A stretch of DNA of 54,504 nucleotides, taken from an uncultured bacterium (GTDB lineage Bacteria > Pseudomonadota > Gammaproteobacteria > Ga0077536). Shown here one piece after another: positions 27,176 through 35,871 of the stretch. The position numbers were made by a program, and so were the translations under genes. How positions within the stretch are numbered: the first letter of the stretch is position 1; each line of letters begins with the position of its first letter. Under the pieces are notes generated by a model. The model was not told the origin of the DNA. It ran no database searches and worked only from the letters and a program-made list of their open reading frames with translations. The stretch is taken from positions 1-54,504 of the forward strand of contig CAXGUU010000001.1 of assembly GCA_964012875.1 (NCBI GenBank), given 5' to 3'.

Positions 27176-28525
27176 ATGAACAGTGCTGCGGTCGACCAAC
27201 TGGGATTTTCGATTGAAGGCGACGTATTACGCGCTGGCGATGCCGGTTATGACGAGGCGCGAACGATCTGGAACGCGATGATCGACAAGCGTCCTGCACT
27301 GATTGCGCGTTGCCGGAACGCAACCGATGTTCGGGCAGCTGTTCGCTTCGCGCGCGACAATGGCCTTCTGGTCTCGGTTCGTGGCGGTGGCCACAATGTC
27401 GCGGGGAATGCCATCTGCGACGACGGTCTGATGATCGATTTGTCGCTGATGAAAGAGGTGCAAATTGATAAGGCGGCGGCACGGGTCAAAGTGGGTGGTG
27501 GTGCGACGCTGGGCGATCTGGATCGTGCGACGTACGCCGAGGGCCTGGCCGTACCCGCTGGTATCGTTTCTGAAACGGGCGTCGGTGGACTGACACTGGG
27601 TGGTGGCGTCGGCTGGCTGGTGCGCAAGCACGGTATGACCTGCGACAACCTGGTGTCGGCGGAAGTGGTTACCGCTGACGGTCGTATTGTCACGGCAAGT
27701 GCCAGCGAGAACGACGATTTGTTCTGGGGACTGCGTGGTGGCGGGGGCAATTTTGGCGTGGTTACCACGTTCGAGTTCAAGGCCTATCCGCTGACTACGG
27801 TGGTCGGCGGCATGATCCTCTTCCCGCGCGACGACGCCGCCGAGGTCTATCGTTTCTACCGCGATTTCACCAAGCAGGCACCACTCGATCTGACCGCTTA
27901 TTGCGCATGCCTGTGTACGCCCGATGGCATGCCGGTGACAGCAGTCATTGCGTGTTACAGCGGCGATCTGGCGCAGGCCGAGTCGGTCCTCGCGCCGCTC
28001 AGGAGTTTCGGCAATCCGGTCGCCGACATGCTGCAGGAAATGCCGCGTATCGACATGCAGACGATGTTTGACGCCGGCTTCCCGTATGGAAATCGTAACT
28101 ACTGGAAATCGGCCTTCGTGGACGAATTGACCGACGATGCCATCGACATTGTCGTTGAACGTGCCAATCTCAATCCGTCACCCTTGTCGGCATTGATGAT
28201 CGAGTACTACTACGGCGGTCCGTCAAGCGAGATTGGCGAAACTGAAACTGCGTTCGCGCACCGCGCCGCACAGTATGACGTCGGCATCGTCGGGCAATGG
28301 GTCGAGAGCAGCGACGACCACAAGAATATGAGCTGGGTGCGCGAAACCTATGATGCGCTTGCGCCGTTTAACAACGGGCGCATTTACGCCAACCTGATGG
28401 GTAGTGACCAGATGACCGACGAGCTGCAAAGTGCATTCGGCCCCAACTATGAGCGTCTGGTGGCACTGAAGCGTAAATACGACCCGGATAATTTTTTCCG
28501 ACTGAACCAGAACATCAAGCCCTGA
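27176..28525 (+). CDS. FAD-linked oxidase (PCMH FAD_binding_4 domain plus BBE-like C-terminus)
   Basis: RGGGHNVAGNA...GGGVGWL...GLRGGGGNFGVVT and C-terminal KYDPDNFFRLNQNIKP. AAGAGGAG SD precedes ATG 27176. Confidence 0.85.
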   Translation: MNSAAVDQLGFSIEGDVLRAGDAGYDEARTIWNAMIDKRPALIARCRNATDVRAAVRFARDNGLLVSVRGGGHNVAGNAICDDGLMIDLSLMKEVQIDKAAARVKVGGGATLGDLDRATYAEGLAVPAGIVSETGVGGLTLGGGVGWLVRKHGMTCDNLVSAEVVTADGRIVTASASENDDLFWGLRGGGGNFGVVTTFEFKAYPLTTVVGGMILFPRDDAAEVYRFYRDFTKQAPLDLTAYCACLCTPDGMPVTAVIACYSGDLAQAESVLAPLRSFGNPVADMLQEMPRIDMQTMFDAGFPYGNRNYWKSAFVDELTDDAIDIVVERANLNPSPLSALMIEYYYGGPSSEIGETETAFAHRAAQYDVGIVGQWVESSDDHKNMSWVRETYDALAPFNNGRIYANLMGSDQMTDELQSAFGPNYERLVALKRKYDPDNFFRLNQNIKP

Positions 28526-28536
28526 TTTCGATTGCG

Positions 28537-28558
28537 CCGCGCGCTGCTGGAAGCGCGG
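28537..28558 (+). terminator. Weak hairpin (6-bp GC stem, 10-nt loop) followed by TTT after the FAD-oxidase stop
   Basis: CCGCGC-gctgctggaa-GCGCGG-ttt. Confidence 0.3.
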
Positions 28559-28566
28559 TTTAAGGT

Positions 28567-30091
28567 ATGACGATGACCGCCAACCTGCGTGCCCTGCCGG
28601 AGGGCGCGCAGATCCTGTGATATCGGATCAAGCGCGTGCTGGGCCAGGGGGGCTTTGGCATCACCTACCTGGCGGACGATAAAAACCTGCAGCAACAGGT
28701 CGCGCTGAAGGAATATTTTCCCTCGGCCTTTGCCGTACGCGGGCCGGACAGTGCAGTGGTCGCGGCATCGGCCGATGTCGCCGGTGAGTTCCAGTGGGGG
28801 TCTCGAGCGCTTTGTGGAAGAGGGGCGTACGCTCGCAAAGTTTGATCACCCGGGTATTATGCGCGTGCAGTCAGTCTTTGAGCATTCGGGGACTGCCTAT
28901 CTTGTAATGCGCTATGAAAACGGAGAAACGCTGAGCGATCTGCTGAAGCGTGAACCGCGCTTACCTGAAGAGCGAGTTGTCGCGCTCCTTGATGACGTGA
29001 TGGATGGTTTGTCCCAGGTCCATGAGGCCGGCTTTATTCATCGCGACATCAATCCGGGGAACCTGTTCCTGCGTGAGCGTGGCGGCGCGCTGTTGATTGA
29101 TTTCGGCGCCGCGCACCAGTCGCTTGGTGAGCACAGCCAGAGCCTGACAGCGATCGTCTCGCCCGGTTATGCGCCGTTCGAACAATATTTCAGCGACGGT
29201 GCCAGGCAGGGGCCATGGACAGATATTTATGCACGGGATGCGACGGCCTATCGGGCGGTATCCGGCGTTGCGCCCATGCCGGCTGTCGATCGATCGCGTG
29301 CTTTGTTGAGCGGCCAGTCCGACACCCTCGTACACCTGGAATCATTGGACAATGTCATGGTGAGCGCGAATTTCCTGGCTGCGGTGAATGCCGCGATGCA
29401 GTTTCAGCCCGAAGCGCGCCCACAGTCCGCGCAAGACTGGCGGGAGATTTTCCAGCACGGCGTCGATGCTGTAGCCGCAGAGCCCAGTGAAGCGCCAACG
29501 ATGATGGCCGAAGCGGAAACGATCCTAGCCGCAGCCGATGCGGAACCAAAAAAGGCCTGGTACAAAAAGAAGCGCCACGTCATTCTCCTGATTGTTTTCG
29601 CACTGTTCGTACTGTTCGGAAGAGATGAACCGGGTCGCAACCAAGGGCCGGCGGTCGGCACGGATGTGAGTATCGCTGATGACACTCGGCGCGACGCATC
29701 ACGGGATGGGGGAGATCTTGATCGCCGTGACGCTGCTGTCGAGGCACGGCCAGCAACGGATATTTCGACGGAAATCCCGGAAAACCGCATAGCGCGCTTG
29801 TTGGACGAAGCCGGAAACGATATTGCCGAGCAGCGCCTGACCCGTCCCCCCGTGAACAATGCGGTCGAAAAATACACAGCGGTACTGGCGCTCGACCCGG
29901 ACAATCAGTCGGCGCGCGAGGGAATCGACCTCGTCGCCAGGCGTTACCTTGAAATGGCACGTTCCAAAGATCGGAAGTTGCCGCAAACTTTTGATGCTGC
30001 CGTTCAGGCACTGAAAAACGGTGAGGTCGAGAAGGCGCGCAAGTTGTTACGCAACGCGGCGAAGCGGGCTGGCGCTAAAGCACGGAATTAG
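28567..30091 (+). pseudogene. Hanks-type Ser/Thr protein kinase with TM segment and C-terminal repeat domain, disrupted by an in-frame TGA and a +1 frameshift
   Basis: MTMTANLRALPEGAQIL-TGA(28618)-YRIKRVLGQGGFGITY...VALKEY...EFQWG continues in the +1 frame as GLERFVEEGRTLAKFDHPGI...HRDINPGN...DFG...SPGYAPFE. The shift lies in the G5 run 28796-28800. Confidence 0.75.
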
Positions 30092-30147
30092 GGCACCGAC
30101 TCGGGTCGCTTACGAGCGTAGCCTTGCTTGCGCTGTTTGGTCTCGCG

Positions 30148-31878
30148 CTAGGCGGGCGTTTGCGGACCACGAATTAAACGACCCGGCAACGCGCCGGTGG
30201 CTTCGCCGTCTTCGAAAGTCACGTCGCCCCGCAGGATGGTCGTGTGATAGCCGGACGCCCGCTGAATCAGTCGCTGACCGGACGCGGGCAGGTCATAAAC
30301 CATTTCCGGCAATGGCAGCGAGAGATTGTCGAAGTCAATGAGGTTAATGTCTGCCCGCATGCCTGGTTCTATCAACCCGCGGTCCAGGAAACCGTAAAGT
30401 GCGGCCGTATCCCGTGTCTGCATTTTGATCGCCTGCTCCAGTCCGATTCGCTCGCCACGCGCACGATCGCGCACAAAATGCGAGAGTAAGTAAGTCGGTG
30501 CACTGGCGTCGCAGATCATGCCGCAGTGCGCGCCACCATCACTGATCCCGAGCACGGTATTGGGGTGCAGCATCATTTCCCGGGCAACGTCGTAGTTACC
30601 CGCGTTGTAATTAAACAGCGGTGAATACAGGAAGGCTTTGCCCTCGCTTTCGAGCAGCAGGTCGTAGGCGGCTTCTTCCGCGGACTTGCCTTCGCGCCGG
30701 GCGATCGCGTCGACGCTCAAATCCGCCCCCGGTTCATACTCCGGCGGTTCGCCGAGTCGAAAAATACGATCATAGTCAGCGATCGTTGTATTCATGGCCT
30801 TGCCTTCCATGAACAACAGACGCAGCAGTCGTGCGGGCCGTGAGTCAGGCCCTTGGAGAATTTTTGCCCTTACCTCGGGCTTGCGCATCATCGCGACGCG
30901 TTCAGCCAGGGGTAAATGCGCAATGCTCTGATAAGCGGTCCGGCCGGTGAACGGGTGTGTCCCTTCCAAACACATCAGGCACCCGGGCGGTCGAATCGCC
31001 ACCTGCGGATACATGCCGTGGTGGCGTCTAGCGGCATAGTCCAGCAGCCGCTCCCACTGCGACGGGTCTTCATCGTTCTGCACGCAGGCATAGGTTACCT
31101 TGCAGCCGCTGTTGTCGATAATGTCGTCCATCCACAGCAGCTCGTCTGTTTCGGGGGCAAGGTCAGACGCGACTTCAAACACTGCGCTCCCGGCTTTGCC
31201 CATGGCATTAGCGATGGTGGTCAGTTCGATCGCATCGGCGTCGGTGCCGGGAACAACTTCGCCGTCTATTGAACGGTGCAGGATCGTGCGCGAGGTCGTG
31301 AAACCGACCGCGCCCGCGCGAACCGCCTCGGCGACAATCTCGGCCATTGCCTTACGCTCATCTTCGTTCGCTTCGACATCGGTCGCGCCGCGCTCGCCCA
31401 TGACATAGGCGCGCACGGCCCCGTGTGGGACCTGCGCCGCAAGATCCATCGCGCGGGTTGAGCGGTTCAGGGCATCGAGGTATTCGGGAAAGGTTTCCCA
31501 GTCCCATTTAATGCCTTCGGCCAGGGCCGTGCCGGGAATATCTTCAACGCCTTCCATGAGGCCGATGAGCCAGTCATGTTTGGCCGGATTGGCTGGTGCG
31601 AAGCCAACGCCACAATTGCCCATTACGGCAGTTGTTACACCATGCCAGGACGAGGGCGTGAGGTAGGGATCCCAGGTAGCCTGGCCGTCGTAATGGGTGT
31701 GCACGTCGACCCAGCCTGGGGCGAGTAACAAACCGTTCGCGTTGATCTCGCGTCTGGCCGGCCCGAGTTTGCCCCCGACGGCGGCGATGGTATCGCCATC
31801 AATGGCGACATCGCCGTTGAAGCGGTCGCCGCCAGAGCCGTCGACAACTTGGGCGTTGCGAATAACCAGATCGTGCAT
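30148..31878 (-). CDS. N-acyl-D-amino-acid deacylase (D-aminoacylase) family amidohydrolase
   Basis: Trimmed to ATG 31878. MHDLVIRNAQVVDGSG...DVAIDGDTIAAVG...GWVDVHTHYDGQ is the typical family N-terminus. Confidence 0.85.
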   Translation of the reverse strand: MHDLVIRNAQVVDGSGGDRFNGDVAIDGDTIAAVGGKLGPARREINANGLLLAPGWVDVHTHYDGQATWDPYLTPSSWHGVTTAVMGNCGVGFAPANPAKHDWLIGLMEGVEDIPGTALAEGIKWDWETFPEYLDALNRSTRAMDLAAQVPHGAVRAYVMGERGATDVEANEDERKAMAEIVAEAVRAGAVGFTTSRTILHRSIDGEVVPGTDADAIELTTIANAMGKAGSAVFEVASDLAPETDELLWMDDIIDNSGCKVTYACVQNDEDPSQWERLLDYAARRHHGMYPQVAIRPPGCLMCLEGTHPFTGRTAYQSIAHLPLAERVAMMRKPEVRAKILQGPDSRPARLLRLLFMEGKAMNTTIADYDRIFRLGEPPEYEPGADLSVDAIARREGKSAEEAAYDLLLESEGKAFLYSPLFNYNAGNYDVAREMMLHPNTVLGISDGGAHCGMICDASAPTYLLSHFVRDRARGERIGLEQAIKMQTRDTAALYGFLDRGLIEPGMRADINLIDFDNLSLPLPEMVYDLPASGQRLIQRASGYHTTILRGDVTFEDGEATGALPGRLIRGPQTPA

Positions 31879-31997
31879 TACAGAGTCCTGTCTCGAATGA
31901 AGTGTTCTTTGTAGACAGGCCAGTATATCCAGCGTCCGGCCAAGCTGCGATATGCTTAACAATCAACGCGTCGGGGTGGCGCCGCCAAGGGGACATC

Positions 31998-32756
31998 ATG
32001 GGGCAGCAAGGCAAACTCAAGGTCGAAGATTTCGGGGCATCGATGCCGGTCACCGGAGAGGCCATACAGAAACCGCCGTTCTATTACCGCGATATGGATA
32101 TGATGTTTCTGACCTATCGCACTGATGAAGCCGCCGCCGTGGCCTGGTTGCCTGAGGCGCTGGAACTCGATGAGCCGGCGCTCGTGACCATTATTCTCGC
32201 TTATTACGGGTGGTCCACATTCGGGCCTTACTACGAGGCGATGATGGCCATTCGGTCGCGCATGAACGGCAAGGTCTATAGCTACTATCCGGCGCTTTTC
32301 ACAGACAACGAGGCGCCCTTAATCGGGGGCCGCGAAATATGGGGCTTCGCCAAGAAGCTGGCGCATATGGAAATCAAACACGAAAGTGAGGTCATGATGG
32401 GGCTGGTCGAGCGGCCGAAAGGAAATCGTTTGATCACAGCCACCATGCGCAACGTCACGCCTGTCGCGGTCGAGGATTTCGCCCTGACACCGAGCATCTC
32501 ACTGAAGATGATTCCGTGCGCGACCGATGCAACGCGTCCGGCTTTGGCGCAGTTGATCGGCAGTTCGCTCGCACTCAAGCCGCATATCGGCAGCAACGGC
32601 ATCCCGCATATCTGGAGTGGACCGGGTACTGTTTCCTACGACGTACCGTCCGCGATTGATCCCTGGTGCAAACTGCCGGTCCTTGAAATGGTGGCCTGCG
32701 TGTCGGGCCGTTTTGACGCCGTGCTCGGACACGGCGAAATACTGGCCGAGCTTTAA
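31998..32756 (+). CDS. Acetoacetate decarboxylase (ADC) family protein
   Basis: Trimmed to ATG 31998, with AAGGGGA upstream. PPFYYRDMDMMFLTYRTD...GGREIWGFAKK match the ADC family pattern. Confidence 0.8.
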   Translation: MGQQGKLKVEDFGASMPVTGEAIQKPPFYYRDMDMMFLTYRTDEAAAVAWLPEALELDEPALVTIILAYYGWSTFGPYYEAMMAIRSRMNGKVYSYYPALFTDNEAPLIGGREIWGFAKKLAHMEIKHESEVMMGLVERPKGNRLITATMRNVTPVAVEDFALTPSISLKMIPCATDATRPALAQLIGSSLALKPHIGSNGIPHIWSGPGTVSYDVPSAIDPWCKLPVLEMVACVSGRFDAVLGHGEILAEL

Positions 32757-32790
32757 TGCAAACCTTAATTTCATCAGCAGGTAAAGGACG

Positions 32791-33435
32791 ATGATCAAGA
32801 TCTACGGCACGACAATCAGTAACTATCACAACACCGCGAAACTGGCGCTGATCGAAAAGGGCGTCGAGTTTGACGAAATCGATCAGTTTCCGGGGCAGGA
32901 TGAAAAGATCCTGGCGGCGAGCCCCATGGGCAAGGTGCCCTGGATCGAAGTTGACGGCAAACCTTTGAGCGAAGTGAATGTGATCTTCGACTATCTCGAG
33001 GACACCTGCCCCAACCCGCCCATGTATCCTCAGGTTCCCTGGGAGCGCGCGAAAGCCAAGGAGATTATTCGCGTCGTCGAGCTCTACTGTGATGCCGCTG
33101 CACGGCGCCATATTTCGACGGTGTACTTCGGCGCAGACGTTGACCAGACGGCTTTCGATGAAGTGAGACCGGCGCTCGAAAACGGCCTGCGAGCATTCAA
33201 ACAGCTCGCCCGGTTCTCACCGTACGTTGCCGGCAGTGATTTTGGTTTCGCCGACATCGCGACCTTCTTTCAGTTGCAGTTCACCAACCTTCACACCCGC
33301 AAGATCTATGACTGGGACTTCATCGCGGAAGACAGCGCCTTGAGTGACTATTTCGCGATGTTGTCCGAGCGTCCGTCACTCAGGGAAGTCAATGGCGTAA
33401 TGCAGGCGACTATGACTAAAGTCTTGCCGCAGTAG
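32791..33435 (+). CDS. Glutathione S-transferase
   Basis: 214 aa with canonical GST_N (MIKIYG...SPMGKVPWIEVDG) and GST_C halves. Confidence 0.85.
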   Translation: MIKIYGTTISNYHNTAKLALIEKGVEFDEIDQFPGQDEKILAASPMGKVPWIEVDGKPLSEVNVIFDYLEDTCPNPPMYPQVPWERAKAKEIIRVVELYCDAAARRHISTVYFGADVDQTAFDEVRPALENGLRAFKQLARFSPYVAGSDFGFADIATFFQLQFTNLHTRKIYDWDFIAEDSALSDYFAMLSERPSLREVNGVMQATMTKVLPQ

Positions 33436-33586
33436 TTGTTTTCGCGCAGTGGTGACACGGCAGCGCGGCTTTTTGCGGGGACCTTTTCCATAGACTACTA
33501 AGCCAAAAGCCGCGGTCAGCGTCACCTGAGTTTGCCGACACCCGGTCAAGTAGAATCATCGGCTTCTAATTTTCAGGTCTGTCACG

Positions 33587-35164
33587 ATGTCCGACGATTC
33601 GCGAACTTCCGGTAAGGACGACGGTTTCGATCTCGCTCGCCTCCAGGATGCGAAAACCCGCGCTCTGGCGATGGGCGGCGAGGCGCGGCTGAGCCGCAAA
33701 CGTGATGCCGGCCAGTTAAATGCACGTGAGCGCATCGATTGTCTGCTGGATGACAACAGCTTTCGGGAGCAGGGGCTGCTGGCAGTCAGTGATCGTCACG
33801 AAGACCGGGCGAGGACGCCCGCCGACGGCAAGATTACGGGCTTCGGGCGAATCGATGACCGGGCCGTTTTTGTCGCTGCAGACGACGCCACCATCAAGGC
33901 GGGGGCTTACGGTCGCGTCGGCAGTGACAAGGGGCACCACGCACTCGAGTACGCCATTCGCAAGGGCTTTCCCTGTATCAACCTCGGCGAGGCGGGCGGC
34001 GGTCGCATCCCGGACATTATGGGTGCGGTCGGCATGATGCATATTGTTCTGCCGATAGATCAGCCGACCCGCGACCGCTTTGTACCTTACGTTGCTACCA
34101 TCATGGGTGACTGCCACGGCGGCCCTACCTTTTATGCCGCGATTGCAGACATCGTGATTCAGGTTAAAGGCTCGGTCATGGCGGTCACCGGTTCGCCGGT
34201 ACTGGCGGCGGCGACGGGTGAGGAAGTCGAACCGCAGGATCTCGGTGGCTGGGAGCTGCACGCTAAAGTTACGGGACAGGTCGACCTGTTTGCCGACGAC
34301 GACGAACAATGCCTGCAACTCGTTCGCAAGGTACTGTCTTACCTGCCTTCAAACGCCAATCATCTGCCACCAGTTGTGCCGTCTGACGATTCGCCGGAAC
34401 GACGTCTGGATGAAATCTACGACATGTTGCCGGCATCACCGCGCAAGGGCTATGACATGCGACGGGTGTTGAAACTGATTGCCGATGCCGACAGTGTGCT
34501 GGAGCTGAAACCTTTCTACGATCGTGCACTGATTACTGCTTTCGCACGGCTCGACGGGCGGGTCGTCGGCTTGCTTGCCAACAACCCCATGTTCAATGCC
34601 GGTGCCATGGGGTGGGGCGCATGCGAAAAAGCGACTTCGTTTATCGCCCTCTGCGATTCATTCCACATTCCCCTGGTGTTCCTGCACGATACCCCTGGCT
34701 TTTTCGTGAGCAAAGCGGCGGAAGAACACAAGATGCCACTACGCATCATGCAGTTCATCGACGCCCTGCATCATGCAACGGTGCCCAAGGTCGCCGTCAT
34801 TGTGCGCAAGTCCTACGGCATGGCGCACTGCAATATGCTGGGCGGCAACATGGGCGCGGACTGCCTGCTGGCGTGGCCGACGGCCGACGTTTCCTTCATG
34901 GCGCCGGACGTTGCCGTCAACGTCGTCTATGGGCGCGATCTGGATAAGGCCGAAGATCGAGAGGCTGAGCGTGACCGCCTGCTGGCCGACATGAAAGAAA
35001 TCAACGGGCCCTGGGAGGCGGCGGGTCTGAATATCATCCACGACATTATCGACCCCGCCGATACGCGGACTGAACTCTGCCGCGCGCTGGAGCGGGCACG
35101 CGGGCCCGACGGCGAAATGGGCCGGAGCGAGCGTAAGATCGCCAGCTGGCCGACGAATTTCTAG
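33587..35164 (+). CDS. Acyl-CoA carboxylase carboxyltransferase (beta-subunit family), second paralogue
   Basis: 525 aa with a two-domain CT pattern (DDATIKAG..., FHIPLVFLHDTPGF, WPTADVSFM). Confidence 0.85.
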   Translation: MSDDSRTSGKDDGFDLARLQDAKTRALAMGGEARLSRKRDAGQLNARERIDCLLDDNSFREQGLLAVSDRHEDRARTPADGKITGFGRIDDRAVFVAADDATIKAGAYGRVGSDKGHHALEYAIRKGFPCINLGEAGGGRIPDIMGAVGMMHIVLPIDQPTRDRFVPYVATIMGDCHGGPTFYAAIADIVIQVKGSVMAVTGSPVLAAATGEEVEPQDLGGWELHAKVTGQVDLFADDDEQCLQLVRKVLSYLPSNANHLPPVVPSDDSPERRLDEIYDMLPASPRKGYDMRRVLKLIADADSVLELKPFYDRALITAFARLDGRVVGLLANNPMFNAGAMGWGACEKATSFIALCDSFHIPLVFLHDTPGFFVSKAAEEHKMPLRIMQFIDALHHATVPKVAVIVRKSYGMAHCNMLGGNMGADCLLAWPTADVSFMAPDVAVNVVYGRDLDKAEDREAERDRLLADMKEINGPWEAAGLNIIHDIIDPADTRTELCRALERARGPDGEMGRSERKIASWPTNF

Positions 35165-35169
35165 CTTGG

Positions 35170-35391
35170 TCAGGTGGTCAGTGCAACAACGGCCTGACCT
35201 TCGCCGACGAAATCGCCTTCTTTGACCAGTATTTCGCTGACCGTACCGGCGAGCGTACTTTGAATGGGTACTTCCATTTTCATTGATTCGAGTATGACCA
35301 CCGTCATGCCATCCTCGACCTGATCGCCGACCGCGACCTCAATTTTCCAGACGTTGCCCGGAATCTCGGATAGTACGTGCTGATTCGCCAT
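35170..35391 (-). CDS. Stand-alone biotin carboxyl carrier (biotinyl domain) protein, 73 aa
   Basis: Trimmed to ATG 35391. VVILESMKMEVPI carries the (A/S)MKM biotinylation motif. Confidence 0.85.
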   Translation of the reverse strand: MANQHVLSEIPGNVWKIEVAVGDQVEDGMTVVILESMKMEVPIQSTLAGTVSEILVKEGDFVGEGQAVVALTT

Positions 35392-35476
35392 GATATGTTC
35401 GTTGGCCCCTGTCGTTTTGCGAACGCCTGGATGAGTGGCGAATGCGCGGCAGCGCGAATTATAAGGAGACGGTAGC

Positions 35477-35866
35477 ATGCTCGACTACACCACGCTTAAA
35501 GATGCCGGTGGCCTGACGCCGTGGCCGCCGATGGAAGAACTGCCCTTTGTCAAAGTCCTCGATGGCAGCCCGGTACATTCCGGCCGCTTCGATGTCGGTG
35601 GTTTCGGCATGCGCACCATGACCGGCGTGTGGGAATGCACCCCCGGCAAATTCGAATACACCTATCCGGGTGACGAAATCTGCACTTTACTTGAAGGTGA
35701 AATCAGCCTGGTCGATGAAGACGGTAAGACCCATGAGTATCGCGCCGGGGATACGTTCTACATGCGCAAAAACGAAGTTGCCGTGTGGACGGTAAGCAAG
35801 ACGGTCAGGAAAATTTTCTATATCCATGACCCGGACAGCGAGGAACTGTCACACAAAGCAGCCTGA
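35477..35866 (+). CDS. Cupin (DUF861/EutQ-like) domain protein
   Basis: 129 aa. GVWECTPGKFEYTYPGDEICTLLEGE...GDTFYMRKN is typical of cupin_3. Confidence 0.75.
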   Translation: MLDYTTLKDAGGLTPWPPMEELPFVKVLDGSPVHSGRFDVGGFGMRTMTGVWECTPGKFEYTYPGDEICTLLEGEISLVDEDGKTHEYRAGDTFYMRKNEVAVWTVSKTVRKIFYIHDPDSEELSHKAA

Positions 35867-35871
35867 TTGCG

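Noticed and set aside
28618-28620. TGA in the kinase as a second selenocysteine codon
   Set aside because: There is no redox-motif context. The position lies in a structural N-terminal strand, and the same gene also has a frameshift. Nonsense mutation or pseudogene is more parsimonious.
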